Part shown: one piece after another, positions 39,346 to 50,301 of the stretch
How positions within the stretch are numbered: the first letter of the stretch is position 1
Layout of the letters: every line of letters starts with the position of its first letter
Assembly (NCBI GenBank): GCA_002633005.1
Contig: NMRA01000125.1
Span: 319,971-383,970, forward strand
Origin: Phoronis australis
Taxonomy: Eukaryota; Animalia; Phoronida
Direction of reading: 5' to 3'
Length of the DNA: 64,000 nucleotides
The notes under the pieces: model-generated
Databases searched by the model: none
What the model was told of the DNA's origin: nothing
The model's input: the letters and a program-made list of their open reading frames with translations, nothing else
Program-made: the position numbers and the translations under genes

Positions 39346-41043
39346 ATGGAACTGATCAAGTTAAACTTCATTACTAGTTTTGTCATCGATATCCGAAACT
39401 CTCAGACTATCGATCACAAGTCGGTGAAGCTCGAGATATAGCGAGCAGGGGGAAGATCTATTCAGCCCGACTAATTAATTTAAACATTAGGTCACGTGAC
39501 ATGGACAGCAGGTGACGTGCAAACCGGACTTGAAACTGTTTGCGATATACAAAGTTAAAACATTTGCTGAAGGAACAGTTGCCAAATGTTCACACGATGC
39601 ATTTATGATGTCATGTGATACCTGTCACGAACTGTCAAGTGAAGAGATCATAATTCAAGGCGACACTTCCCCCGTTTTATTTACGCTTGTAATTACGTGC
39701 GTAATTTTATGGCGACACTTCCCCCAACGAACAGCCCATCATGAATTTATGCCGTTACAATTTAAAAAGAAGATTAAAACCTATGCCTTAAAGAATGAAT
39801 TAACGCTGTTGGTAATAATTAGTTTACGTACATTACGTACGCATCGTTCACCCACTTGGACAACGATATTTGACGGGATACGTCCTTAAAGGACCATTCA
39901 GTGTTGATTTCGTGCAACTCGGCAACAATACCGTCTTACAAATGTAGCGCTGTGTAGTATTGTACGTTTTAAACATGAAATTTGGTAAGAAGTTTGTGTT
40001 TTGGGCGTAAAAGAAATAATAACGCACTTTGTCATACTCGGGGTTTGTCCACGTACGTTGCTACTCAGTTGGCAGTAGGCCACTACGTGACATTTGGGGG
40101 ATTGATTTGATTCGATGAAACCATGTATTATGAATGCAATAGCTAGTATTCCGGGTCCGGTCTCTAATCTTTGTACTCGAAACGAACTCGAAACTATTTT
40201 TGGCAATTTTTCTGCTCCTTTTGTGCGAACTTAAGATAATTGGTTATCAGACTGTGCTCGAATACATTATAGTTTATGCATAGGAGTTTCTAGTTCAAGT
40301 TTGCCCTTGAAGACCCTTATGTTCGTGCTACAAACTCGAGTAAAAACTCGAAATTTCGAGTTCAAACTCGAACTTATTGCTTTAATATTGGGTTTACAAA
40401 CTGCGAACTAAGNCGACTGGAATACATCCACCCCGTTGTCACTAGCCTGCTGATGATGGCGGGAAATCCCGCGTCACTTAAGCTGATGTCGGGTGATTTT
40501 TTGAAAAATGTGTAATTAAAAAATATCGTATCGCCCCGTCAATTCTCGAAAAACTCAGACCAGAATCAATTATTTGTTTGACTTTTGATTTTGCACAAGG
40601 TACCCCAAGCACAGTGGTGGTATAAGCTTTAAAATATCTACAAAATGAGAAGTTTTTTACGAACAATTTTACAGTTGATGTTACGAAATATAGAGAAGGA
40701 ACATATTTACATTTATACAAAATGTCTTTTGGAAAACGGCGATAAACCAGTTTTGGGGACCTCCGGAGCAATATTGATTTCAAACAACGTAACGATTGTA
40801 CGAGAATGGTGATAAATAGGTTTGTACGATTTGGTCGGAAAGGACCGGAGAAGTATTGACGAATTAAACTAGCTATAGCAGCATCAGTTTCAACAATTTT
40901 TTGAAATTGAGAGATAACATGTCTTTAAATTGAACAACTGGCCAGCCATATGATTTTCGGAAGCATGTTTTGTAATTGTCAATGTAAATGCCCTGAGGAT
41001 TTAGGTCAGTTTGCGATAAGGAATAAAACGTTAAGTTGCAGAT

Positions 41044-41346
41044 GACTGGAAAAATGAATTTCGGGGAACTGTTTAATAGCACTCATATTCCTATGGTTAG
41101 CAAAAGCTTTGTCGTTGTACGAATACGATACCAATCACAACATAATGTCTTCAAGAACTTTACATTAAAAAACATGACTTTAGGTCAGTTTAAAGTAAGG
41201 AATAAAATAATTGTTGCCGACTGGAAAATAACATTTCGGGAAACTGTTCAATAGCAATCACATTCCAATGGTTAGCAGACGCTTTCTCGCTATACGAATA
41301 CGTTATCAATCACAACACAATGTTATCTAGAGCTTTACACTAAAAA
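41044..41346. repeat. Diverged direct repeat, ~128-bp unit, ~175-bp period
   Basis: gactggaaaa...ttcgg(g/a)aactgtt.aatagca...ctttaca.taaaaa occurs at 41044 and 41219. Confidence 0.75.
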
Positions 41347-42355
41347 CCCTGGGGGTTATTTGGGGAAAATTGTAGCAATCAACGACGATGATCTATGGGA
41401 TAAAACTGCATGAACTAGCAACAAAAACATTAATAATGATAACAGGACTGTGTTATGGGAATTTCCCCCAAAAAGGCTGACACATTATTTACGCCTTCCA
41501 TAGGCCTTTGCAGCAAACTGCTTTAAATTTACTGCTCATACTCAGCAAGCCTATCGGCCGCTTTGGGGAATTTTGAAAGTGTTTTAATGTCTTTTGTTAT
41601 CTATGGCGTCTTCGGACGCAGAGAGTGAATCAGACGCGGTAGATTCGGATTAGACGTGAAAGTTTGAACAATCACGACTGGATTGCAGTTAAAACTACGG
41701 TAGCTGTAAAAGGACGCCACGGCAACTTTTTTCTCTGCTGCTAAGTCTATCAATAGACTTAGTAACTCTATCGATAAACTTGCTAACTCTATCAACAGAC
41801 TTACTATCTCTATCGAGACTAGTTTATAGGATATATTTTTAAAGTGAGCCTAACAAGCGTCAAATCCCAGTGAAAATCCATTTTCGTTGTAGGACTCCTC
41901 TCTCATGACTAGATTCTATCACCAGAGCCTTTTAATTGAAATTTAATTTGTTTATTGCCACTTGTTCATTGCGTTTTGTCCCGTACTCACTTGAGGTCTT
42001 ATAATAAATAATTGCTCAATGACGAATTCAAACATTTAGTTTCTATGCTACACTTCTCATTTATACATACAATTTTGATACCAGATGTGAATGTTTGCAG
42101 TGAAACGCAAATTGATGTGCGACAACCATTCCGTGGTGCATATCATCAATAAGACTTCCTCTAAGGACCCTAACATTATTCGCCTCGTCCGACGCCTGGT
42201 CCTCTCTACCCTACACCATAATATCCATTTCAAGGCCAAACACATCCCTGAAAAACTAATTTCATTGCCGATAAGTTGTCTCGCTTTCTTTTCCAGGATG
42301 CCTTTTCCATGGCTCCATGGCTCTCTCCAACACCGACCACAGTTCCACAGCACCT

Positions 42356-43284
42356 CCTTACGTTCGCTCCTCCGGGCGTCTCTTGCTCCATCCACCATCT
42401 CCACTTACCATCGCGTCTTTTCACATTTTCTCCATTACCATTCCTCATAAGCATGCCCCTTGCCTGTGTTTCCTGTCTCCACATCGACCTTAGCTTCTTA
42501 CATAGCACATCTCTTCTCGTCTGGCTTAACTGCATCTACCATCTCTACCTATGTCTCCGCCATTGGTTTCATTCATAAACTGGACTCCTTACCTGACCCT
42601 ACCTCCTCTTTTCTGGTCAAGAAAATTCTGAAGGGGGTGTCCAATTCGCGGCCATCCGTGGACACCCGGCTCCCCATAACTACACCTATTCTTCACCGCC
42701 TTCTTAACGCCCTGCCCTCTGCTCTCAACTCTCATTTCCATGCATCTCTCTGTGCCGCTATGTTTTCCACTGCCTTTCACGCCTTCCTTCGTGTTAGCGA
42801 ATTTACTGTCGCCACCTCTGCCTCATCCCCATTCTCTGTCCTCCAGGTCTCGGATGTCTCAGTCACGTCTTCGTCCATGTCTCTCACTATCTCCCACTTC
42901 AAACATCACGATCACACCCCTAACATTCTCGTTATCCCCCGTTCTACTGGTCCCCATTGCCCTGTTGCAACCCTTCAACACTACCTCACTCTCTCCAACC
43001 ACTCTTCTGGCCCTCTCTTCCAGTTACCTAATGGTTCCCCCATCACTCGCTCTTACTTCACTCGCCACCTTAACTTGGTACTTGGGTGCGTCGGTCTCGA
43101 TCCTCAACGCTATAAATCTCATAGTTTTCGTATTGGTGCAGCCACCTCCGCTGCTAACCTCCAAATTCCGGACTCCACCATCCAGCGTATGGGTCGCTGG
43201 AAGTCTGACGCGCTCAAGAACTACATTCGTCTCTCCTCCTTAAACTTGCCCGTTGCTAACGTTCCCACACCTTCATTGACATGA
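42356..43284 (+). pseudogene. DIRS-type tyrosine recombinase (SAM-like N-domain plus catalytic domain); one in-frame TAA at 42448-42450
   Basis: LRASLAPSTISTY... continues in the same frame into the 274-aa ORF 42460-43284, which has FLRVSE (R), HFKHH (K), HSFRIGAAT (H-x-x-R), GRWKS (W) and KNYIR (Y). Confidence 0.88.
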
Positions 43285-43350
43285 TCATCCACCACCCAGG
43301 GGTAGCTCTGCCAGTCAGTGCTTCCCCTCCTTACACCACCTCTTCATCCT

Positions 43351-43507
43351 GGGGCATCTGTATTGCCAGTGCCCCCCCTCGCTCACCACTCCCTTTTCAT
43401 CGCGGGGCACCTGTATTGCCAGTGTCCCATTCATAGGCACCTGTATTGCCAGTGTCTCTTTCACTCACACCATTTCTCACCCTCGGACGCCTGTATTGCC
43501 AGTGTCC
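43351..43507 (+). repeat. Four hairpin-forming repeats with core YCTGTATTGCCAGTG downstream of the recombinase
   Basis: Copies at 43351, 43404, 43435 and 43485. Confidence 0.85.
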
Positions 43508-46500
43508 TAATTCCCTTATTCCCCATTTTCATTGCCACGCCCTTTCCACTCACCTTTTTGGGGTTCTCCCTCCCGGGCAGTCTTTCCCGCCCCTTTTACA
43601 TTTGTTGTTGGTTTACCTCATGCCCTATTATGGGTTATTCTATACTTAGCTTTTTTNGCCCCCTTTTTCTTATGCTACTTTTCTCCGCCTCGTTCGCTCT
43701 CCCTTGGGTGGGCGGATGCATCCTTCTGCTGCATCTGTGGCAGATTGTCACCCACCTTTACAGTTCAACATGTTATATAACTTTTGTAATTACCGATATC
43801 TGTAGTAGTTTAATTTGTCATAATATATATGACCTTTTATCTCAACTACACGTGTTGTTTCACTGTAAACTAGCTTCGGTATCGCTTCGCAGTTAGCGCA
43901 TGTAAATGCATTTATTGTAAAAATAAAGCTCTTAAATCCAGTAGCTCCATATCACTCAATAACAACAAGGCTCAAAAAGTATCAATACTGTCGTACTGGC
44001 AAGTGCACAAGTGACGACCTGATTGCACATGTGATATTATAAACCGGCGGTTTAAACATGGCACCTCGTTGCAATGGTCAGCACACTTTCAAAAATAGAG
44101 CTATTGCGATAGGTCTAACCTTCTGAAAGTAACGAATCCGGACTCCTTATAAAATCCTTCTCACACGTACGTGCATCTTGCTTATAGTTACCGCATCACC
44201 ATATGTATATACATGTATAACAAAAGAAATCGTATTCCAATTTTGTTGAAACACAAAGGATATAAATCCATCTCACATCTATCTAACTTACAGTTAGTAC
44301 ATGTACCAATACCCTCAAAAAGTACTTTGAACTTAACAATACGCAACACAATAAATCAGCATGTACGTTATAGAAGCTTTTCTACTAAAACAAAACAATT
44401 TCAACAGCTCAGCAGTCTGTTCGGTGCCTCCATATGAGTTCTTGAGCCACAGCAAAAACCCAGCATACTGTCAGACTTGAAACCATCAGTGCAGTGATCT
44501 AAGAACCATGATTTTAGACGATATTGGAAACGTATTAGCAACGAGTGACTCTGAAAACTAGCTCAAGAGTATCTTGTTTACCCAGATACTGACAAACCCA
44601 AAACAAACTTTTAAACCATAGAATTGTAAGGTATAAAAATGGTCGCCAATTTCCATGTCACACAGCAAATATAGAGGCTGTGCACTTCGGGATAATGGCT
44701 GATAAAGTCAAGCCAAAATGAGTTAGCCCTGTCTACATCTGTATTGTATGCCGACACAAGGCGGACCAGCTGTTTATTATTCCGTAGCAACCCCCTGTTG
44801 GAGGTATGGCAGATATAAAACATCAGGGGATTCATACTCATACACGATCATTTAACTACTCAGATTAACCGCAGCACCTTGGCTGTGTTGTGGGACATGG
44901 TACATCGCAGACTCCACGATCAATAGTAAGCAGTTCAGCAACACTCACCATCTTAGCATAGAGAGCTCGTCTAACAGACCAAACAAATCACCTCAAAAGG
45001 ACAATGAGCAATTCCTCCACGGAAGCTTGATTAATGAGCTATATAAATATGTAGATATTTATCTCATTGAGCTTGATGATCATACAAGCGAGGCACCAAC
45101 TGAACCTCGGTCTCGTTACAAATGTCGTCTGCTGACTGATGCCTTGATGGAGAACTAAGTTAACACTATCGAAAGAGATAGTAAGTCTATCGAGAGAGTT
45201 AGTAAGTCTATCGATAGAGATAGTAAATCTATCGATAGAGATAACAATTCTATCGATACAGATAGAAAAAAGTTGACGTGCCGTCCTTTTACAGCCACCG
45301 TATGTAAGTAACTTCGTCAGGGCATTAGTATGAGTTGTTTTTTAATTTATGTCGAACAATGAATATTATCTCACCAATGAGCACCGATCATCTTGGTGAT
45401 AGGACCTTCATAAATGGCTATATATTCATCAAATCCATTCCTAACTACTCAAAGTTTCACTTCTGTCGGTGCAATAAAGAGACAGTTTGGAATCATGAGA
45501 CTTTTTGTAAGTATCAACTGCACGACTGTTATGCCGGTCATTCTTAAAATGGTCCCATTAATATTTCGAATACGAAAGCGAGGCTAAGCACGACAATGAT
45601 GTAATCGTTCATTATACATAATTTAACTTTTGGATTCTTCGAAGAGGTCCCCAAAAATACTCGTTAACTCCAGGAACGAACAATGAAAGAAATGATTCAA
45701 ATATCAAGGAGAAAGTTCATTTATCGCGTAGGTAGCTGTTGTGCGCAAGTTAAGTCTGGGCCTCACCGTCTGTCGTAGTCTCATTTTAAAATGTAAACCT
45801 GGCGTGCGTTCAGTAGACGCTAGGACTTACGCTAGGACCTAGCTAAAACCTAGTCAAAGTCACGTGTTTTCATTTGAAATGCACGGCAATGTCTCACGTA
45901 ATCTCGCGAAATCTTGCTTTTTAGCGAGGTCCTAGCGTTACTGAACGGGAGCCTGGCTTGTGTAAGAGGCTTTATAGTAAAATCAAAAATGTTGATTGCA
46001 TTGGGTACAATAAATCTTGTGAATATTTTGAATGAACAAAACACTTCAGTAGGACGAGGTTACCAATCTGCTGGACACCTAAGAGCACTAAGCTATCTAA
46101 CTGCGCAAGGAATCTTCATGGCTTAATTCTTATTCCGATTTGCCCGGCAAATTTCGAAAGAGGCCTGTCCATGCTAACCTGGTTCCTCAGTTCGTTTTTG
46201 GTGGGAAAAGTAAAGCCGTTCTCTGTAAATTTTAGCTTTGCAGTTGCTGAAAGAAACACATCACTATCTGTTAACGTTGACTGCCTGACGATTCAGTTAT
46301 TAGGTCGCTTTTGCGCGGAGCGAGTTGTAACGACGCCAGTTAACCTCTGTCAGTGTATTTTCAGAACGATATCGTAAACTGGACCACCACGGAAGTCGAT
46401 AACAAGAAGCCAGTCCGCGTAAGCTCGGGTTGAACATTTGAAATTCCAAGAAATCATGTAGAATTCCAATTATTATGCCGCTTTTAGAAGAGTCCCGGGC

Positions 46501-47384
46501 TTTTAGCATTATTACGATGTGTAAACACCTGTCCCAAAAATGAAGGGCAACCTAGAGGGGAAACCAAGGTTCTGTTGCCATTTTAGTCGACTGAACAATC
46601 TATGGAAACAATCCTAAAGAGCATTGTATCGCACCATCAGACTGTATATATTAAAACATACGTGATTATTTTGTTTACTTGAAATAAAAAATAATCTGGT
46701 TTAAAAATTGATTCGGATTTTCTCATTTTCTCATTTCATTGCAAAAATACTGGGACCAGGTTAGTATAAGTTGTCTGTTTTTGCTTCAACGATTACTCTG
46801 TGTACAGAGTTTTTAAAAACATCATTTCGGTGAATAGAAAACTTTTAAGTTGCTGGACCCGAATTTGGCGAATAAGACGACTAAAATTCAAATTATACAC
46901 TGAAACAAATCATGATCTTTGATCCGGGTTACAAAAATTCCCAAACCTTGTCCTTGCATTCTTTAGTAATGATCGCGGATCAGATCTTTCCACGGATTCC
47001 ATTTAATTTTTACACAACTATCGTTAAAAACTGCAAGGACGCGCGTGAATTGAAACATTCCTGTTATTGCTTAACCAATAATGGCATCGACAGACTCTAG
47101 TAATGCAATCAGTTCGCAGCCGTGCATCATCCAAGTGTGTATCTCGCGCTCGTGATAACTTGAAGAGCGTTATTTAGGTAGATTGAACCAAAGACATATT
47201 GTCCTTTATTAAGATTAAGTAAGAAAGTTTCACGTGAAACTGATCAGCCATTTCTGAGATCATTCGGAATGTTTTGGGTGTTTTCTTGAGGTTTTGAAAA
47301 TATCCAATTTGGGACATTTTTCTAGGATGCTACATCACCATAAGGGTAAGCAATCCCTGGAAGTTTTCTCAGTTTAAAGGCAAA

Positions 47385-49289
47385 ATGACAACGCGGACGC
47401 GTGGCTTCTCAGTTGATTGGTTTCAAGTAAACTTATTGTTCAGTACGAGACAATTAATCGGCAAGGCAAATAGAAAGATTTGTGGGACATGACTTAGCTC
47501 TAAAATGAGATGTGTCACGAATCAATGACTGTGAGCCTGTAACAATATGTGGCCACTAACAACCTACATGATCAGGCAACGCTATGACTCCAACTCGCTT
47601 TCGGTCACAACATTTTGTAACGACTTTTTCACAGGTTTTGCTAATCGTTGCGAGCTTAGTGACCTGTTCCCATGCTTGGAGACGGTGGGTGACCTGGTCT
47701 AAAGCCTGCGACGACGGCTACATTCGATATCGACGTTCATGCTACAAGTTCGTTAGCGCTTCACTGAACTGGTGGACGGCTATGGCGAAATGTCACGAGG
47801 AGGCCGCCCATCTTGTTACCATCTCCTCCAGAGGAGAACAATATTTTGTAGAAAGAGTCATATACCACACCCTCCTCAACGGAGGATCTTTCGCGAATAA
47901 ACGCCTGTGGATTGGCGGGAATGATCAACTGACCGAAGGGAGATTCATTTGGGAATCCAGCGGACGACGGCTTACCTATTCCAAGTATTACAAAGGTGTG
48001 TATCCAAGAAGAGAGTTCGTTTTCTTAATGCATTTCTGTTTGAAAAATTTTAGTGCAAACCGTGGCTACTTATCTCGCCACGAATAAGTTGAATAATCTT
48101 CTTGACACTGTAGTGCCGTTACGGGATGCATGTGCCTAAAATATTCGCAAGGAAAAATGCTTTGGGACAGGGATTGTGAGCTCCTTTGCAGGATCAATTC
48201 CTGGAAATTTTGTTCATAAGCGGCTGCGTTTTGTCTACTAAAAAGTAATAAATCAGACAGCTCGGGACCAATGATTGCTCAGAAAAAAGCAAATACGGTG
48301 AATAAACCTACCCGATTCACGTGGCTTTGTTTTATTTAGCACAGACCGCGGCTTTAAGCAGTTTTCTGTTGTGACGGAAAAACTGACCATGATGCGTGAA
48401 CGGGAAATGCCTCTCTGTGTTTGGTCCGCTCGTGTTCTGTTTGACTAGCGTTACAAACTACTCGTCTGAATGTACTGAAACACTGTTTGAACCTATTTCC
48501 TTGCGTTGAGTGCATTTGTCTTTATTTTGAAAAAACAGTCAAAGTTTATTTTGAAGTTTCAAAATTGGCCCAGACATAAAATATTTTAAGCCTGTGATAG
48601 ATTTAATTTTTGAGTCGAGTAATAACATTGTCCAAAACGTGTGGTTCATAAACAACATGAATGTACCTCCACCGAAATTCCTATATCGGTTTTCGTTGGT
48701 GGAGGTGGAAAAACGCCTATGCGTTAGATTAGGTGGCACTCGATAGTTTTTTCGAGACACAGTCGAATTCACCGAACCCGTCCCACCCCCCATCACGTGG
48801 AGATTTTTGCCTTGCGCCATTGCGTTGCTCGCAAGCCAGACTGTGATTGGAACTCTTCCAGTTCCGTCTTCTTTGTCATCGAATGGCGTCGTCAGATTAT
48901 TAAACCCGTTAAACTCACAGGCGTCCTTAGCTTTGACACTATTGTATCGTAAGTTCAATCACAGACGTCTTTAGCTTCCGATCGTCACCGCTGTATGTAA
49001 TACTAGTCTTATATATAGTGTTATGTGGAAGATTGAACTTACGATATAGTGTCCAATTTATCAGACGCTGCGTTACCTAACTGAATGTTAATCTGGTGGA
49101 GTACGAAATCTTGGAGGGGTATTGATGTTATACACACAACTGACATCAATTTTCCTATATCGTTTTGCCGCAGGTGAGCCGAACAGCAGCGGAAACGAAG
49201 ACTGCCTGGAAATCCGAATCGATCACCATGATACGTGGAACGACAAGAAATGTTCAAGTAAAGCGAGCTACATCTGTGAACGACATTAG
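47385..49289 (+). CDS. Secreted single-domain C-type lectin (perlucin-like; EPN/WND), copy A; exons 47385-47426, 47635-47995, 49174-49289 (172 aa)
   Basis: Signal-like VLLIVASLVTCSHA; CTLD motifs SCYKF, W..AMAKC, AHLVTI, LWIGGND, EGRFIW, GEPN, EDC, WND and YICE; GT-AG phases 0 and 1; AATAAA at 49326. Exon 1 is less certain than exons 2-3. Confidence 0.88.
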
Positions 49290-50261
49290 TTCGAAGGCTT
49301 TATCTGTTATGTGAACGCTGAAATCAATAAATTTGGCATTAGCTACTCTACCCAATGAAAATTGTTCTTTGACAGCCAAATCCAATCTTGTAACAGAATC
49401 TATTCTCGTACAATAATCAGGCTTGAGGAAGGGAGGGTGGGAGTCGTGAACCTCATAGGCAGGTTTCACTAACCTTCATACATCAGTCAGTTACCTAAGC
49501 GAGACCAAAGTACATGTACCTGAAACGAGATTTAATGTGGTTTTAAAAATAAACCTCAGTGACACAGCAAACTAATGTGACATTTAGTTTTGATTTTAAG
49601 GAAAGTCAGGGATATGAAGCAAAGCCATACGGTCTTGAAATGAATGCCAATCTTTGAGCTACCATCGAACTGCTCATGAAGAAAACAGGCGGATTTAGAG
49701 GGCGCCAGGTCCTCTACGCCCTTAACATGATTTTTTCTTATTCCGTGGACAGTACAAACAAACCAACGGAACAGTAATTATCACGGGCAAATGTCTCTAC
49801 AAGATATCAATTGATCTGTATTTTTGCAATAAGTTTTTCCTTTTAAAGCTACCATGATATATATTTTTTCACAGATTGCCTTCTTGAGGCTTTAAAACCA
49901 AGTAAGAGTTGAGAAAAACATACCCTAATACAAAACAACTGAACAGTCATAAATATTCAACCAATATCTAACAAAACTGTAAACATGGGTAATGCATATT
50001 GATTTTGTACTGCTACTGACTATAAAACATTTGTTTGCAGTTAACTCAAAATGTAATATTTCATTATTATCATTATCATTATTATACCAATTAGGTATAG
50101 GTTTTAGTTGGCAACAGTCCTTTCAAACGTGTCTTGTTGAATACACTGACTTTGATTTTTCCAGTGAACTACACTAACGCTAATAACAATATTAATAAGT
50201 ATAATTTTAATAGTAATAATAACAACAACAACACCAAAAAATCAATAATGAAAATGATAAT

Positions 50262-50301
<40 letters not shown>
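50262..50301. repeat. (AAT)n microsatellite
   Basis: Directly visible; a diverged counterpart lies at about 55528-55650. Confidence 0.9.

Larger units (their letters stand above)
42113..43903 (+). mobile_element. 5'-truncated DIRS/Ngaro-type tyrosine-recombinase retrotransposon fragment
   Basis: RNase H C-terminus (CDNHSVVHIINKTSSKD..LVRRL..KHIP / NFIADKLSRF, 1-nt frameshift near 42250) overlaps the YR ORF. Absent from the paralogous arm (empty site around 63252-63266). AAAT occurs on both sides. Confidence 0.88.
41696..45302. mobile_element. TIR-bounded non-autonomous element with subterminal 21-bp CTATCGATAG arrays (copy 1, containing DIRS insertion)
   Basis: Ends TACGGTAGCTGTAAAAGGACGCCACGGCAACTTTTTTCT and (reverse complement) TACGGTGGCTGTAAAAGGACGGCACGTCAACTTTTTTCT; arrays of about 4 and 5 units just inside. 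Confidence 0.8.

Noticed and set aside
43351-43507. CRISPR array or iron-responsive elements (CAGTG motif)
   Set aside because: Linkers are unequal in length and related to each other, and the context is a eukaryotic retroelement. CAGTG lies in the stem, not in a loop closed by a 5-bp stem as an IRE requires.
42740-43896. Alternative-frame Pro/Ser/Leu-rich ORFs (167 aa, 192 aa) in the DIRS fragment
   Set aside because: Explained by the strong C/T skew, which depletes stop codons; no motif of a fourth Ngaro ORF (e.g. SGNH hydrolase) is visible.
44611-44841. ORF MNPLMFYICHTSNRG... open in both element copies (also 62369-62593)
   Set aside because: Shared only because of the duplication; it is short and I recognise no domain. 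It could be a decayed transposase or cargo fragment but cannot be supported.
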